Positions 29,343-38,252 of a stretch of DNA of 64,000 nucleotides are shown here, in pieces; the first letter of the stretch is position 1, and the number at the start of each line of letters is the position of its first letter. Source of the stretch: Escherichia coli (lineage in GTDB: Bacteria; Pseudomonadota; Gammaproteobacteria; Enterobacterales; Enterobacteriaceae). Below the pieces are notes generated by a model that saw only the letters and a list, made by a program, of their open reading frames with translations, did not search any database and had not been told where the DNA came from. The position numbers were made by a program, and so were the translations under genes. Where the stretch lies: the NCBI RefSeq assembly GCF_041886205.1, contig NZ_CP169029.1; one strand, given 5' to 3'.

Positions 29343-31325
29343 TTAACGGCTCTGCTTTCTCAACAAATAGATAAAATATGGCGCGCCGATAAAGGTTGAC
29401 AGCAGCCCCGCCGGGATCTGGAATGGAAACAGCACCATCCGCCCACACCAGTCAGCGAACACCAGCAATAAACCACCCACCAGCGCCGAAATTACGATGT
29501 GCGGCATCGTCCGTCGAAAGCCCATCATCCGCGCAATATGCGGTGCCATTAAACCAACAAAACTCAACGGTCCAATAGTCATCGTCGCGGTCGCCGTCAG
29601 GCAAGCCGCTAACAGCAGCAGCGCAATTCGCGTCGGCGTCAGCGCCATTCCTACGGCTCGGGCGGTATCACCACCCAGCGGTAAAATGGTCAGCCAGCGG
29701 CGGCACAGCGGGGTAATCGCCAGCAAAATCACCATCACAATTCCGGTGCGCCAGACCTGCGCATCGGTCGCGTTGTAGGTCGAACCGGAAATCCAGGTCA
29801 GCACTTGCGCCATTCGCGGGTCACCACTTGCCTGCAACATCATCAAAAGCATGGTGAACGCGGTACTTAACGCCATCCCCGCCAGTAACATGCGGTGTGG
29901 GGAAAATCCACCGCGTCCGGCGGCGATCATAATGATCAACAGCGTCACCGCCGCCCCGAGACTGCCTGCGGGTAACAGCCAGCCAAAGGCATTACCCGGT
30001 ACCAGAAACAGCATTAACACCACACCAAACGCCGCGCCGGAGCTAATCCCCAGCACTTCCGGGCTTGCCATCGGGTTGCCGGTCAGTCGCTGAATAATAC
30101 AGCCCGCTACCGCCAGCATGACGCCCGCAAACAGCGCCGCCATAATTCGCGGCCAGCGCCAGGGCATTAAATCCTCGAGCAACGCCCCGCTCGCCCACGT
30201 CCAGCCGTGCGCATCACGACCAAACGACAGCGCCACCACCACAGCCATCAACAACAGCACGCCGCCCGCGAGGGCAAACGCCAGCACATGTTGGCGTTCA
30301 GTCGCGACACGATCGTTAACCTTCATATCCGGCGCGCTAATGCTGCGTAAACGCGGCAGCAGCCACAGTAGCAGCGGCGCACCGATCAACGCAGTGACCG
30401 AACCGGTGGAAACTTCCATCCACACGCGAGTCAGCCAGAGGATGATTTGATCAGAAAGCCACAGAATTAACGCACCAATCAGCGACGCCAGCATCAACCG
30501 TGGCAACAAACGCCGCGCCCCCAGCATTTTTGCCAGCAGCGGCGCGAACAACCCGATAAAGCCGATAATCCCTACCGCATTCACCAGCAGCGCACTGATG
30601 ACTATCGCCAGCGACAGCGCCGCCAGACGCGCGAGCGACAAGGCCAGCCCGAGATTGCGCGCCACGCCATCATCAAGCCCCATCAGGGTTAACGGGCGAA
30701 GTAGCAATAACGTCAACATCACGCCGCCCAGCAACTGCGGCCATAAACGCTCAACGCCGCCCCAGTCGGTTTGCGTCAGCGTTCCGGTGCTCCACAGGAA
30801 CATGCTTTGCAGCTGGTCGTGATGGAAGATAACCAGTAGCTGATTAATTGCCCCGCAATAAAGGCTCACCACCAGCCCCGCGAGAATAAGCGTAACCGGC
30901 GAAAGCCGTTTCCCCCACGCGACGCCAAAGACGATTAAGCCAACGACACAAGCGCCCACCAGCGCGGCAAACTGGCTCGCCATAGCACCTGGGATCGCCC
31001 AAAGTGTGGTGACGGTAATTCCCAGTTGCGCGCCTGTAGCAACGCCAAGCGTCGTCGGCTCCGCCAGCGGGTTACGCAGCACTTGCTGAAACAGCACGCC
31101 CACCAGCCCCAGGCCCGCGCCCACCAGCAGCGAAATCGCCAGACGCGGCAACAAGCTGTAGTGAAAAATCATCTGCTCGATGACGTCAATATCCGGCGAC
31201 CAGGTGGCCTGCGCCCACTGGCTGCGCGGCAGCGCCTGCGAAAAAGTCATCCAGGTGAGCGCCGTAGCGGCAATCACCAACAGCGCCAGCAATAACGCCG
31301 GAAAAAGCGCAATTCGTTTACTCAC
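29343..31325 (-). CDS. fhuB: ferric hydroxamate ABC transporter permease FhuB (660 aa, internally duplicated)
   Basis: Two homologous FecCD-type permease halves in one 660-aa ORF; 4-nt overlap with fhuD. Confidence 0.95.
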   Translation of the reverse strand: MSKRIALFPALLLALLVIAATALTWMTFSQALPRSQWAQATWSPDIDVIEQMIFHYSLLPRLAISLLVGAGLGLVGVLFQQVLRNPLAEPTTLGVATGAQLGITVTTLWAIPGAMASQFAALVGACVVGLIVFGVAWGKRLSPVTLILAGLVVSLYCGAINQLLVIFHHDQLQSMFLWSTGTLTQTDWGGVERLWPQLLGGVMLTLLLLRPLTLMGLDDGVARNLGLALSLARLAALSLAIVISALLVNAVGIIGFIGLFAPLLAKMLGARRLLPRLMLASLIGALILWLSDQIILWLTRVWMEVSTGSVTALIGAPLLLWLLPRLRSISAPDMKVNDRVATERQHVLAFALAGGVLLLMAVVVALSFGRDAHGWTWASGALLEDLMPWRWPRIMAALFAGVMLAVAGCIIQRLTGNPMASPEVLGISSGAAFGVVLMLFLVPGNAFGWLLPAGSLGAAVTLLIIMIAAGRGGFSPHRMLLAGMALSTAFTMLLMMLQASGDPRMAQVLTWISGSTYNATDAQVWRTGIVMVILLAITPLCRRWLTILPLGGDTARAVGMALTPTRIALLLLAACLTATATMTIGPLSFVGLMAPHIARMMGFRRTMPHIVISALVGGLLLVFADWCGRMVLFPFQIPAGLLSTFIGAPYFIYLLRKQSR

Positions 31326-32212
31326 GCTTTACCTCCGATGGCGTTATCCAGAACGCGCACAAAGTGCATTGCCGAGAGCGTCGCACCATAAAACCAGACT
31401 GCAGGTACGCGCTGAAAGCGTCCGGCGCGGACAAACGGCATGGCCTGCCACAGCGGCGTTGCCATTAGCGCATCCATGTCTTTGCTGTTGTCGTGATCAA
31501 AACAGAGCACATCAACGTCTTTATACGCCGCCAGACGATCGATACTGACGGCGGTACTGCCCCAGAAGTTGGTTTCCCCTTGCCAGGCATTTGGGATGCC
31601 GTACTCATCGAGAATTTCCTGAAACAAGCTGTTTGGACCGAAAACCAGCATATGGCGCGGATCGATAAGCGTCGTCAGCAATAACGGGCGTGCACCACGC
31701 TTCACAAAGCGGGGTTTCATGCTGCGGATAAAGTCTTCATATTGCGCTAAATGCGTTTCTGCTGCGCTTTGCAGGTTAAGTAAATCTGCCATTTCCGTCA
31801 GCGATTTACGCGCCATCGCCAGCGGCTGTTTGCCGTCGCTGAAGTTAAATCCGCGACCCGGTGCAATACGTGCCAGCATTTCTGGTGAAGGGCCATATCC
31901 TGCCGACCAGACCATAAACGACGGTTTCATTTCGGTCAGCAGTTCAAGGTTAGGTTCTGTACGCAAACCAACGTCAATCACTGAGTCCGGCAATAGCGGT
32001 TCGCTGACCCACAGGCGATAGTTGATGGTATCCGCCACGCCGTAAGGCACGATGCCGAGCGCCAGCAGTAATTCCACCGGCAACCACTCCAGCGCCACAA
32101 TACGATTGGGATCAATAGCCACCGCGTGGGCGGTATTAATCTGCCATAACAACGGAGAAAGCGCCATCGCCGTTAACAGTCGACGGCGCGAAATAAGAGG
32201 TAAGCCGCTCAT
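31322..32212 (-). CDS. fhuD: ferric hydroxamate periplasmic binding protein FhuD (296 aa)
   Basis: Start at ATG 32212..32210 (MSGLPLISRRRLLTAMALSPLLW, Tat-like signal); the ORF-track start at 32215 is TTG. Confidence 0.9.
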   Translation of the reverse strand: MSGLPLISRRRLLTAMALSPLLWQINTAHAVAIDPNRIVALEWLPVELLLALGIVPYGVADTINYRLWVSEPLLPDSVIDVGLRTEPNLELLTEMKPSFMVWSAGYGPSPEMLARIAPGRGFNFSDGKQPLAMARKSLTEMADLLNLQSAAETHLAQYEDFIRSMKPRFVKRGARPLLLTTLIDPRHMLVFGPNSLFQEILDEYGIPNAWQGETNFWGSTAVSIDRLAAYKDVDVLCFDHDNSKDMDALMATPLWQAMPFVRAGRFQRVPAVWFYGATLSAMHFVRVLDNAIGGKA

Positions 32213-33009
32213 CAATAAACAAAACTCACAGGTGCAGCACCCGCCGGATGCGGCAAAATACCCATCGGGATGCCATAAATCATTTCGAGGGTTTCGCCGC
32301 GCATAATTTCCGCAGGCGTTCCCTGAGCAATCATTTCACCACCGCGCAGGGCGACCAGATAATCACAGTAGCGTGCCGCCATATTGATATCGTGCAGCAC
32401 GGCAATGACCGTCAGGCCACGTTTCTGACTTAAACGGTGCACCAGCGCCAGCACATCAACCTGGTGGGCGATATCCAGCGCCGAAGTCGGTTCGTCGAGC
32501 AACAGACAACGGCTATCCTGCGCCACCAGCATGGCGATCCACGCCCGTTGACGTTCGCCGCCAGAGAGACTATCGACCAGCCGATGCGCCAGCGGTTTTA
32601 AGCCAACCAGCGAGATAGCTTCCTCGACTTTTTCGCGATCTGCCGCACCAAAGCGCCCCAGCGCGCCATGCCATGGGTAACGACCAATCGCTACCAGTTC
32701 ACGCACGGTCATCCCTTCTGCCGGAGGAAGCTGCTGCGGCAAATAAGCCACTTTGCGGGCAAACGCTTTGCTGCTCCAGCTTTCCAGCGGTTGGGCATCA
32801 AGAAGAATCTCCCCTTCCGACGGCGGCTGATGACGGCCAAGCATTTTGAGCAGAGTGGATTTACCAGAACCGTTGTGACCAATCAGACCGGTCACTTTCC
32901 CGGCAGGAAAGGTTAACGACAGCGGATGCAAAAGCGTGCGCCCGGGCACACGAAAGGAGATATTACGCAGTGCAAAAGTGGTATCGGAATGATTCGTGTA
33001 TTCCTGCAT
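32212..33009 (-). CDS. fhuC: ferric hydroxamate ABC transporter ATPase FhuC (265 aa)
   Basis: Start at MQEYTNHSDTTF (ATG 33009); Walker A GHNGSGKST, ABC signature LSGGERQR, Walker B LLLDEP. Confidence 0.9.
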   Translation of the reverse strand: MQEYTNHSDTTFALRNISFRVPGRTLLHPLSLTFPAGKVTGLIGHNGSGKSTLLKMLGRHQPPSEGEILLDAQPLESWSSKAFARKVAYLPQQLPPAEGMTVRELVAIGRYPWHGALGRFGAADREKVEEAISLVGLKPLAHRLVDSLSGGERQRAWIAMLVAQDSRCLLLDEPTSALDIAHQVDVLALVHRLSQKRGLTVIAVLHDINMAARYCDYLVALRGGEMIAQGTPAEIMRGETLEMIYGIPMGILPHPAGAAPVSFVY

Positions 33010-33059
33010 AACAGCCAACTTGTGAAATGGGCACGGAAATCCGTGCCCCAAAAGAGAAA

Positions 33060-35303
33060 TTAGAAACGGAAGGTTGCGGTTGCAACGACCTGACGTTCTG
33101 CGCCCCAGAAGCAGCCATAAGTGTTAAAGCAGCTGGCGACGTATTCACGATCGAACAGGTTGTTGACATGCAGCGCCACGTTGGAGCCCGCCATGCCGAC
33201 TCGCGCCAGATCATAACGCACTAACGCATCCACGACCGTATAACTTCCCACTTTAAAGGAGTTAGCCGGATCACCATAGCTGGAGCCAGTATAACGACCA
33301 CCGGTGCCCAGCGTCAGACCTGAAAGTGGACCGTCAAAGAAGGTATAGTCAGCCCACAGCGAAGCCATGTGTTTTGGCACCTGTGCAGGCGTATTTCCTT
33401 TGTAGTTGGTGTCAGTGGTGTATTCCGCGTCGGTGTAGGTGTAAGAACCGACTACGTTAACACTCGCCGATAGTGCCGCTTTCGCTTCCAGCTCTACGCC
33501 ACGCGCACGAATCTCACCGCCTTCAACCGAGAAGAAGGAACCCTCAGGGTCCGCCATCAGGTTGTTGGTTTTAGTGAGATTATACACGGCACCAGTAACT
33601 ACAATCGGACGATCTTCCGGTACATATTTCACACCGACTTCATACTGCTTACCCTTAGACGGTGCGAAAATATTACCATCCTTCCCAACTTGCGAAGAAG
33701 GTTCAAACGATTCGCTATAGCTAAAGTAAGGTGTTACGCCATTATCAAACAGGTAGTTAACACCACCACGCCAGGTAAACTGTTTGTCATCACGTTTATC
33801 GGTCGTCCCGGCAACGCGGTTAAGAGATTCTTGATCTGCCCAGTCATAACGACCGCCCAGGGTTACCAGCACTTTATCCCACTGCGCCTGATCCTGAACA
33901 TAAACGCCCGTTTGTTTCTGTTTATTCAGAATGCGGTAAGGGCCGGAGTTTGCCGGATCTTTGGCATTGAAGTCGAAATCGGTATTCACCGGATTGTACA
34001 GATTGAGCAGTGGCACAGAGTCGTCGTAACCAAACCAGGCGTTGATGTCATTACGCATACGCATAAAGTCGACACCGGTCAACAGGGTGTGGTCGATATC
34101 GCCAGTGGCAAACTTGCTCTGCAACTGGGTATCAACGGAGAAGTTTTGCAGCTTCTCATCATCAACGACGTATTTACGTGCCAGATAATGGCCTTTATCC
34201 GCTGGCGCTAATGCCGCACACTGTTTGCTGTAAGCATTCGCCGGATCGGAGCAGACGCCGTAACCATAAACGCTGTTTTGCGAGGTTTTGTTTTCAGCAA
34301 AGCGCAGGTTCTGACGCACAGTAAAGGTGTCGTTAAATTCGTGATCGAAGCTGTAGCCGACCATCTTCTCATTACGAGAATAGGTGTTGTTCTTCGCCCC
34401 TTCATTAAAGTCTGTCGGCAGACGCTTACCGTTCGGCAGCGGCTCAACGGTTCCCTCTTTCGGCAACCAGCCGTAATAACCGGTTTCCGGCTCGTTCTGG
34501 AAGTAAGAAAGGAAGGTGAAATTGGTTTTATCATCCGGACGCCAGGTGAACGCCGGTGCAATAGCATAACGCTGCTCTTCTGACCCTTTCTGCTGGGCAT
34601 TGGCAGAACGCGCAAGACCGGTCAGGCGATAAGAGTAAACGCCGTCATCATCCAGCGCATCGCTAAAGTCAAAACCAGTCTGGAACAGGCTGTCAGTACC
34701 GGCTTTAAACTGAACTTCTTTGAGCGGTTCGGTGGTCGGACGCTTGCTGACCATATTCAACAGACCGCCAGGACTACTTTTACCGTAAAGCACGGAAACC
34801 GGGCCACGCATAATTTCAGCGCGTTCCAGCATATACGGATCAATGACCGCATCGTTATAGAAGTTGCCCTGCAACTTCAGGCCATTCAGATAGTTATTCT
34901 GGCTTTGGCCTTCTGCCGCAAAACCGCGAATGATCAGGTGGTCATAGGTGTTGGATGCGCCACGCGTACCAACAGAGACACCCGGCGTGTAGCTAAGCGC
35001 TTCTTTTACCGACTTCGGCTGATGCAGCGCCATCTCTTCGGCGGTCACAACAGAAATAGACTGTGGCACTTTTTGAATCGGCGTATCGGTTTTAGTGCCG
35101 GTAGCTGACTGTCGCGCCGCAATAGTTGCAGCAGGCCCCCATGCGCTTTCTTGCGGCGCAGGTGCAGCGGTAACGGTGATAGTGTCTTCTTTCGGTTCAA
35201 CCGCTGCCTGTGCATAAACAGACATGCCGCTAACCGCTGTGGCTACTACAACTGCGATTTTACGCAGTGAGTGTTTTGGCTGAGCAGTTTTGGAACGCGC
35301 CAT
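33060..35303 (-). CDS. fhuA: TonB-dependent ferrichrome outer membrane receptor FhuA (747 aa)
   Basis: Signal peptide, TonB box (DTITVTA), plug and 22-strand barrel, C-terminal ...VATATFRF. Confidence 0.95.
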   Translation of the reverse strand: MARSKTAQPKHSLRKIAVVVATAVSGMSVYAQAAVEPKEDTITVTAAPAPQESAWGPAATIAARQSATGTKTDTPIQKVPQSISVVTAEEMALHQPKSVKEALSYTPGVSVGTRGASNTYDHLIIRGFAAEGQSQNNYLNGLKLQGNFYNDAVIDPYMLERAEIMRGPVSVLYGKSSPGGLLNMVSKRPTTEPLKEVQFKAGTDSLFQTGFDFSDALDDDGVYSYRLTGLARSANAQQKGSEEQRYAIAPAFTWRPDDKTNFTFLSYFQNEPETGYYGWLPKEGTVEPLPNGKRLPTDFNEGAKNNTYSRNEKMVGYSFDHEFNDTFTVRQNLRFAENKTSQNSVYGYGVCSDPANAYSKQCAALAPADKGHYLARKYVVDDEKLQNFSVDTQLQSKFATGDIDHTLLTGVDFMRMRNDINAWFGYDDSVPLLNLYNPVNTDFDFNAKDPANSGPYRILNKQKQTGVYVQDQAQWDKVLVTLGGRYDWADQESLNRVAGTTDKRDDKQFTWRGGVNYLFDNGVTPYFSYSESFEPSSQVGKDGNIFAPSKGKQYEVGVKYVPEDRPIVVTGAVYNLTKTNNLMADPEGSFFSVEGGEIRARGVELEAKAALSASVNVVGSYTYTDAEYTTDTNYKGNTPAQVPKHMASLWADYTFFDGPLSGLTLGTGGRYTGSSYGDPANSFKVGSYTVVDALVRYDLARVGMAGSNVALHVNNLFDREYVASCFNTYGCFWGAERQVVATATFRF

Positions 35304-35341
35304 TGGTATATCTCTGATGTAAAGTGAATGATAACGTAAAC

Positions 35342-35376
35342 GAGAATGATTATTATAAAGATAAGATAATATTCGA
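35342..35376 (-). promoter_or_regulatory. Fur box(es) in fhuA promoter region
   Basis: gagaatgattattataaagataagataatatt: overlapping matches (about 14/19) to GATAATGATAATCATTATC consensus upstream of fhuA. Confidence 0.6.
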
Positions 35377-35522
35377 AACGCTGGCGGGTTCGCAAGCGGT
35401 ACGCAATCTGAGCGTTCCTGAAGGGTTAATAAACAACCAGATGAAAAGAAAGGGTTAATACTTTGGGTGGGATGTTATTTTACCGGATGGCAACTCGCCA
35501 TCCGGTATTTCACGCTTAGACG

Positions 35523-38057
35523 TTAATTACTACCAAACATATCTTTAATCCAACCGGCTACACCGTCGCTGTCTTTCTGCTCTTGCTGAGCAGGTTGCTG
35601 TTGCGGCTGTTGCTGCGGCTGAGAAGACTGATCAAACGGATTGCTTGACGGCTGCTGCTGCATCTCACTCTGCTGGCACAGCGATTGCGGATCGCTGGTC
35701 CAGACCGGCAAGACACGCATGCCACCGCTGCAAACAAAGTTGCCGTCGTAGTCCACGCCCATATCTGCAATATCTTCTGGCGGAACAAGATTCAGCGGTG
35801 TTGGCGTCTGGTTAGCCAGATAACGCTGATAAATCGACATTGCCCCGCTGGCTCCATACAGTTTGGTCGGCTGGTTGTTATCACGGCCTACCCAGGTGAT
35901 GGTCACCGTGCTGCCGTCAATGCCCGCAAACCAGGTATCTACGTTATTGTTAGTAGTCCCTGTTTTCCCTGCCAGATGCAGGTTCGGGTATTTCGCCCCA
36001 AGCTGACGACCCGTACCGCGTTGTACCACCTGCTGCATGGTCCATAGTGTCAGATACGCCGCCTGCGCCGGAACAGCGCGTTCCGCCTGCGGGAAGCTCT
36101 GATACAGCACTTTGCCATCTTCCGCGATTACCGAACGCAGCGCAGAAAGCGGTGCACGGTTACCGCCGCTGGCGATGGTCTGGAATGCCTGCGCCACTTC
36201 GATTGGCGTTAAGTTCAACGCCCCCAGCAGCATCGCCGGAACCGGATGCAGCTGATCTTTCGGCACGCCCAGTTTGATCCAGGTCTCCGTAACCGCAGGC
36301 AGCCCCAGTGCCATCCCCAGATTTACCGTCGGCACGTTCATCGAACGGGTCAACGCATCCACCAGCATCACTCTGCCACTTTCGCTATAACGACGATCAT
36401 CGTTCTGCGGTGACCAGACCTGGCCATTCGGCTGACGCAGCGCGATTGGCGCATCCGCAATCCACGTGTTCAGGCGATAGATTTTCGGCTGGCTTAAGGC
36501 AGTCAGATAAGTCGCTGGTTTTGCAAGGGAACCAATCGAACGACGCGCCTGCATCGCACGGTTGTAGCCCGCAAACTGCGGCTCAGAACCTCCGACCATC
36601 GCACGAACTTCACCACTAAAGCGGTCGACGACCACAATCGCGGTTTCCAGATCGCTCAGCTTACGCTGTTTCTTCAGTGCCGGAATGCCTTCCACGGCGG
36701 CTTTTTCTGCCGCGTCCTGGGCCACCGAGTCAAAGGTAGTGAAGATCTTCACGCCGGACAGATCTTTTACCTTATCGCCTAATTTCTCCTGCAACTCCTG
36801 ACGCACCAGTTGCATAAAGGCTGGCTGTGGAGAGATTACCCCACCGCGCGGCTGTACGCCCAGAGGACGCGCGCTGAGCATTTCATACAGTTCACCATCG
36901 ATAATCTGCTGTTGTTGTAGCAAACGCAGCACCAGATTACGTCGCTCCAGCGCCAGTTTCGGGTTACGCCACGGGTTGTAGATGGACGCCCCTTTCACCA
37001 TGCCAACTAACAGCGCCTGCTGGTCAAGGCTCAACTCTTCTACCGGGCGACCAAAGTAGTACAGGCTCGCCAGCGGGAAGCCACGAATTTCGTTGTCGCC
37101 GCTCTGACCGAGATACACCTCATTCATATACAGCTCAAGAATGCGATCTTTGCTGTAACGCGCATCCATGATCAACGCCATATAGGCTTCGTTCGCTTTA
37201 CGCCAGTAAGAGCGCTCGCTGGAGAGGAACAGGTTTTTCACCAGCTGTTGCGTCAGCGTACTCGCACCCTGCACCGTGCGACCTGCGGTCAGGTTTGCCA
37301 GCACCGCACGTCCGATGGAGTAGAGACTGATTCCATCATGCTCGTAGAAATGGCGGTCTTCTGTCGCCAGCAAAGTATCCACCAGCAAATCCGGGAAACC
37401 ACTGCGCGGCACAAACAAACGCTGCTCACCGTTTGGTGAGGAGATCATGGTGATCAGGCGCGGATCAAGACGGAAGAAACCGAACTGACGGTTGTTCTCC
37501 ATATTGACGATCGTCGCCAGATGATCGCCATCAAAGGTCAGACGCGCGCGCACCTGTCCTTCTTTACTGTCCGGGAAATCAAACGGACGGCGAATCATCT
37601 CAATGCTGTTGGCCTGCACGGTAAATTCGCCAGGACGGGTCATTTTTGACACCTGACGATACTGGGTTGCCTCCAGCAGCTTCACCATCTCGTTCTTGCT
37701 GATGGTCATGTCTGGCTCAAGGTTGACCATTCGGCCATAAACTGCCGCAGGCAGTTGCCAGACCTTGCCATCAATACGGCTGCGAATTTTTTGATCGAGA
37801 TAAACGCCGTAAATGGCGATCAGCACGGCAAAAACGATAGCCAGTTTTAACAGCAGCCATAGCCAGCCGCGTTTGCCACGAGGCTTACGCCCTTTGCCTT
37901 TGCCCTTACCTTTGCGCGGCATCGGTTCTTCATCCTCATAGTCATCATAATCGTCGTAATCATCGTCATCTTCGTAACGACGACGGCTTACCTTTTGTTT
38001 GACCGGACGCGTCGGTTTCCCTTTGCGTCCAATTGGCTCGCGGTCATTCCCGGCCAT
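35523..38057 (-). CDS. mrcB: penicillin-binding protein 1B (bifunctional glycosyltransferase/transpeptidase), 844 aa
   Basis: Start at [14 protein letters not shown] (ATG 38057, GGAG RBS); acidic [15 protein letters not shown] tract, glycosyltransferase and transpeptidase motifs. Confidence 0.9.
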   Translation of the reverse strand: MAGNDREPIGRKGKPTRPVKQKVSRRRYEDDDDYDDYDDYEDEEPMPRKGKGKGKGRKPRGKRGWLWLLLKLAIVFAVLIAIYGVYLDQKIRSRIDGKVWQLPAAVYGRMVNLEPDMTISKNEMVKLLEATQYRQVSKMTRPGEFTVQANSIEMIRRPFDFPDSKEGQVRARLTFDGDHLATIVNMENNRQFGFFRLDPRLITMISSPNGEQRLFVPRSGFPDLLVDTLLATEDRHFYEHDGISLYSIGRAVLANLTAGRTVQGASTLTQQLVKNLFLSSERSYWRKANEAYMALIMDARYSKDRILELYMNEVYLGQSGDNEIRGFPLASLYYFGRPVEELSLDQQALLVGMVKGASIYNPWRNPKLALERRNLVLRLLQQQQIIDGELYEMLSARPLGVQPRGGVISPQPAFMQLVRQELQEKLGDKVKDLSGVKIFTTFDSVAQDAAEKAAVEGIPALKKQRKLSDLETAIVVVDRFSGEVRAMVGGSEPQFAGYNRAMQARRSIGSLAKPATYLTALSQPKIYRLNTWIADAPIALRQPNGQVWSPQNDDRRYSESGRVMLVDALTRSMNVPTVNLGMALGLPAVTETWIKLGVPKDQLHPVPAMLLGALNLTPIEVAQAFQTIASGGNRAPLSALRSVIAEDGKVLYQSFPQAERAVPAQAAYLTLWTMQQVVQRGTGRQLGAKYPNLHLAGKTGTTNNNVDTWFAGIDGSTVTITWVGRDNNQPTKLYGASGAMSIYQRYLANQTPTPLNLVPPEDIADMGVDYDGNFVCSGGMRVLPVWTSDPQSLCQQSEMQQQPSSNPFDQSSQPQQQPQQQPAQQEQKDSDGVAGWIKDMFGSN

Positions 38058-38153
38058 GCTTTTTCTCCGCAATATTCAGGCGCAAAAGCCCGATTTTCTG
38101 TTCTTCTGTTACAAGACAGAAGAAGATATCTCTCAAAATTTGTGCTCGATCGG

Positions 38154-38242
38154 TCCCCTCTCCCTTAAGGGAGAGGGTTAGGGTGAGGGTGAACGTGCGC
38201 GCTGATGCCCTCACCCCGGCCCTCTCCCACAGGGAGAGGGAG
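38154..38242. repeat. GC-rich palindromic extragenic repeat cluster (boxC/REP-like)
   Basis: Three adjacent dyads: cctctccc-ttaa-gggagagg, gggtgaggg...ccctcaccc, ccctctccc-acag-ggagaggg in the mrcB-hrpB spacer. Confidence 0.6.
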
Positions 38243-38252
38243 AAAACCAACC

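Noticed and set aside
38154-38242. Possible CRISPR-like array from repeated GC-rich palindromes
   Set aside because: Only three imperfect dyads, no regular repeat-spacer periodicity and no cas genes nearby; better explained as an extragenic palindromic repeat cluster.
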